64,000 nucleotides of DNA from Podarcis bocagei. Taxonomy: Eukaryota. Positions 62,723-64,000 of this stretch are shown piece by piece. The stretch lies in assembly GCA_964188305.1 (NCBI GenBank), contig OZ076897.1, one strand, 5' to 3'. The position numbers were made by a program, and so were the translations under genes. Within the stretch, counting starts at the first letter, position 1; the number at the start of each line of letters is the position of its first letter. Below the pieces are notes generated by a model, which made no database searches, was not told the DNA's origin, and worked only from the letters and a program-made list of their open reading frames with translations.

Positions 62723-62847
62723 CAGTGGCGTAGCGTGGGGGGTGCAGGGGGGGCCGGCCGCACCGGGCGCAACATCTGGGGGTTAGGGTTAGGGGGCACA
62801 AATTACTTGCCTTGCCCCGGGTGCTGACAACCCACGCTACGCCACTG
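62723..62847. mobile_element. Non-autonomous hAT MITE containing (TTAGGG)2
   Basis: Perfect 17 bp TIR CAGTGGCGTAGCGTGGG / CCCACGCTACGCCACTG; 8 bp TSD cccccaat / ccaccaat. Confidence 0.9.
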
Positions 62848-64000
62848 CCACCAATGGTTTTAAGCTAGTTCTCTCTGCTTCCGAACATTTTAAATTTTAC
62901 ACCTGCCATTCAAATACAGTGTGTTTGGGGGAGGGGAGGGTGAGCATCTTGCTGATTGACAATAGAGGTTGTCATTCAACAACAGATTCAGACAAGGGCT
63001 CTCTCAGAGGATAGAAGTCTACCCACTCAAGCTGATATTGCACAAAGCTGTTTGAAATTCCGACGTGGCAGCTCCCTCTCCAGAGCCAGCTGGTTGTGTT
63101 CAGCAGGAGCCATGGGAAGTGATGACCTTTCTTGGGTGACCCAAGAAATTTGCAGCTGTGTGCCAAAGAGTTGAGTTTTGCATGTGTCAGCAGCTGCACA
63201 CCACCAGGTGGCCATGGGCAGGAAGCGGGCACAGGCAAATTTCAGACCACTGTGGTGTACCCAGTGGAAACTGGTTTTCGTGAGGTCATGTGTGGATTTC
63301 TTCAACTCTTTTCCTAAGGCAAATAGCATCAATGAAGGGAGGAGACGGCCCCATTATTGGGATTGCAGTAGTTCCAACACTGAAGGTGGCATTTGCTTTG
63401 GAGGAAACTTCCCCATGGGTGCCCTCCTTTCACTATGAGTAGTCAAAACCGTATCTGAGATTAGGTGACGGGTCTCTGTGTCCCAGAATGTGACTTTACA
63501 GGAAGAGATTAGATCTGGTGCATCTCTTTTTCTAGAAATGAATCACTGGCCAGTGAAAAACTGCAAACAGACTGTTGTGTCTTTGTGCTGAAAAAGTGTT
63601 CTTCATATTAACTAAAAAGCTGACTTAAGCGGTTGGAAGTTTTGCTGGATGTGAAGAATGTGGTATAGGTTGAGTTTGTTTGTTTGTTGTTAGTACAACA
63701 TTCTAACCACTACACTACACAGTGGTCAATCGGATGCCTCTGGGAAGCCTACAAGAACATCATCAGGTGGTCTCTTTTGCTTCACCAGCTGCATTTGTGC
63801 AATATCAACAAGCCACCAATAGTAGAGTATTAATATCTCAGAAAATTAGTTTAATAATTTAGCAGTATAAAACTGTATCATAGGTTGTGATTACTGTGTC
63901 TTTGCATTTTTGTTTTTTTCTTCACCATTATATTCATGCTAACACACCCTTTCCCCTAATATATGCATCCTTGTAAAGATTGTTTGGGGACATGCATCAC

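Noticed and set aside
49691-64000. SPAG6 exon 3 (expected GVMSLLR.LLLD...)
   Set aside because: No matching frame found by eye; presumably beyond the window end.

Overview
Vertebrate genomic DNA from a squamate, probably a lacertid lizard (judged from the Sauria/Squam1 SINE, Squam3-like SINEs, Bov-B and lizard-type MITEs). It carries the syntenic block COMMD3 - BMI1 - SPAG6, all on the + strand. COMMD3 is complete: 8 coding exons, 5596-9693, 195 aa. BMI1 is complete: a non-coding exon 1 at about 14260-14886 and 9 coding exons at 19346-23089, 327 aa, with a long 3'UTR to about 25610. Only the first two coding exons of SPAG6 are present (48775-48799 and 49595-49690); the rest of the window is SPAG6 intron 2. 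All exon phases were checked by hand and join into continuous frames. The best second-look items are: a GC-AG intron in BMI1; stacked uORFs in the BMI1 leader (including MAAWLTFIFC); frame-compatible COMMD3-to-BMI1 read-through splicing; perfect RFX X-box palindromes and orphan CpG-island promoters between BMI1 and SPAG6; a roughly 39 kb CpG-retaining domain whose distal part holds a swarm of ~90 bp palindromic MITE-like elements; and a speculative two-exon minus-strand ORF. Most long ORFs in the supplied track are GC-rich or microsatellite artefacts. No novel system can be demonstrated from sequence alone.
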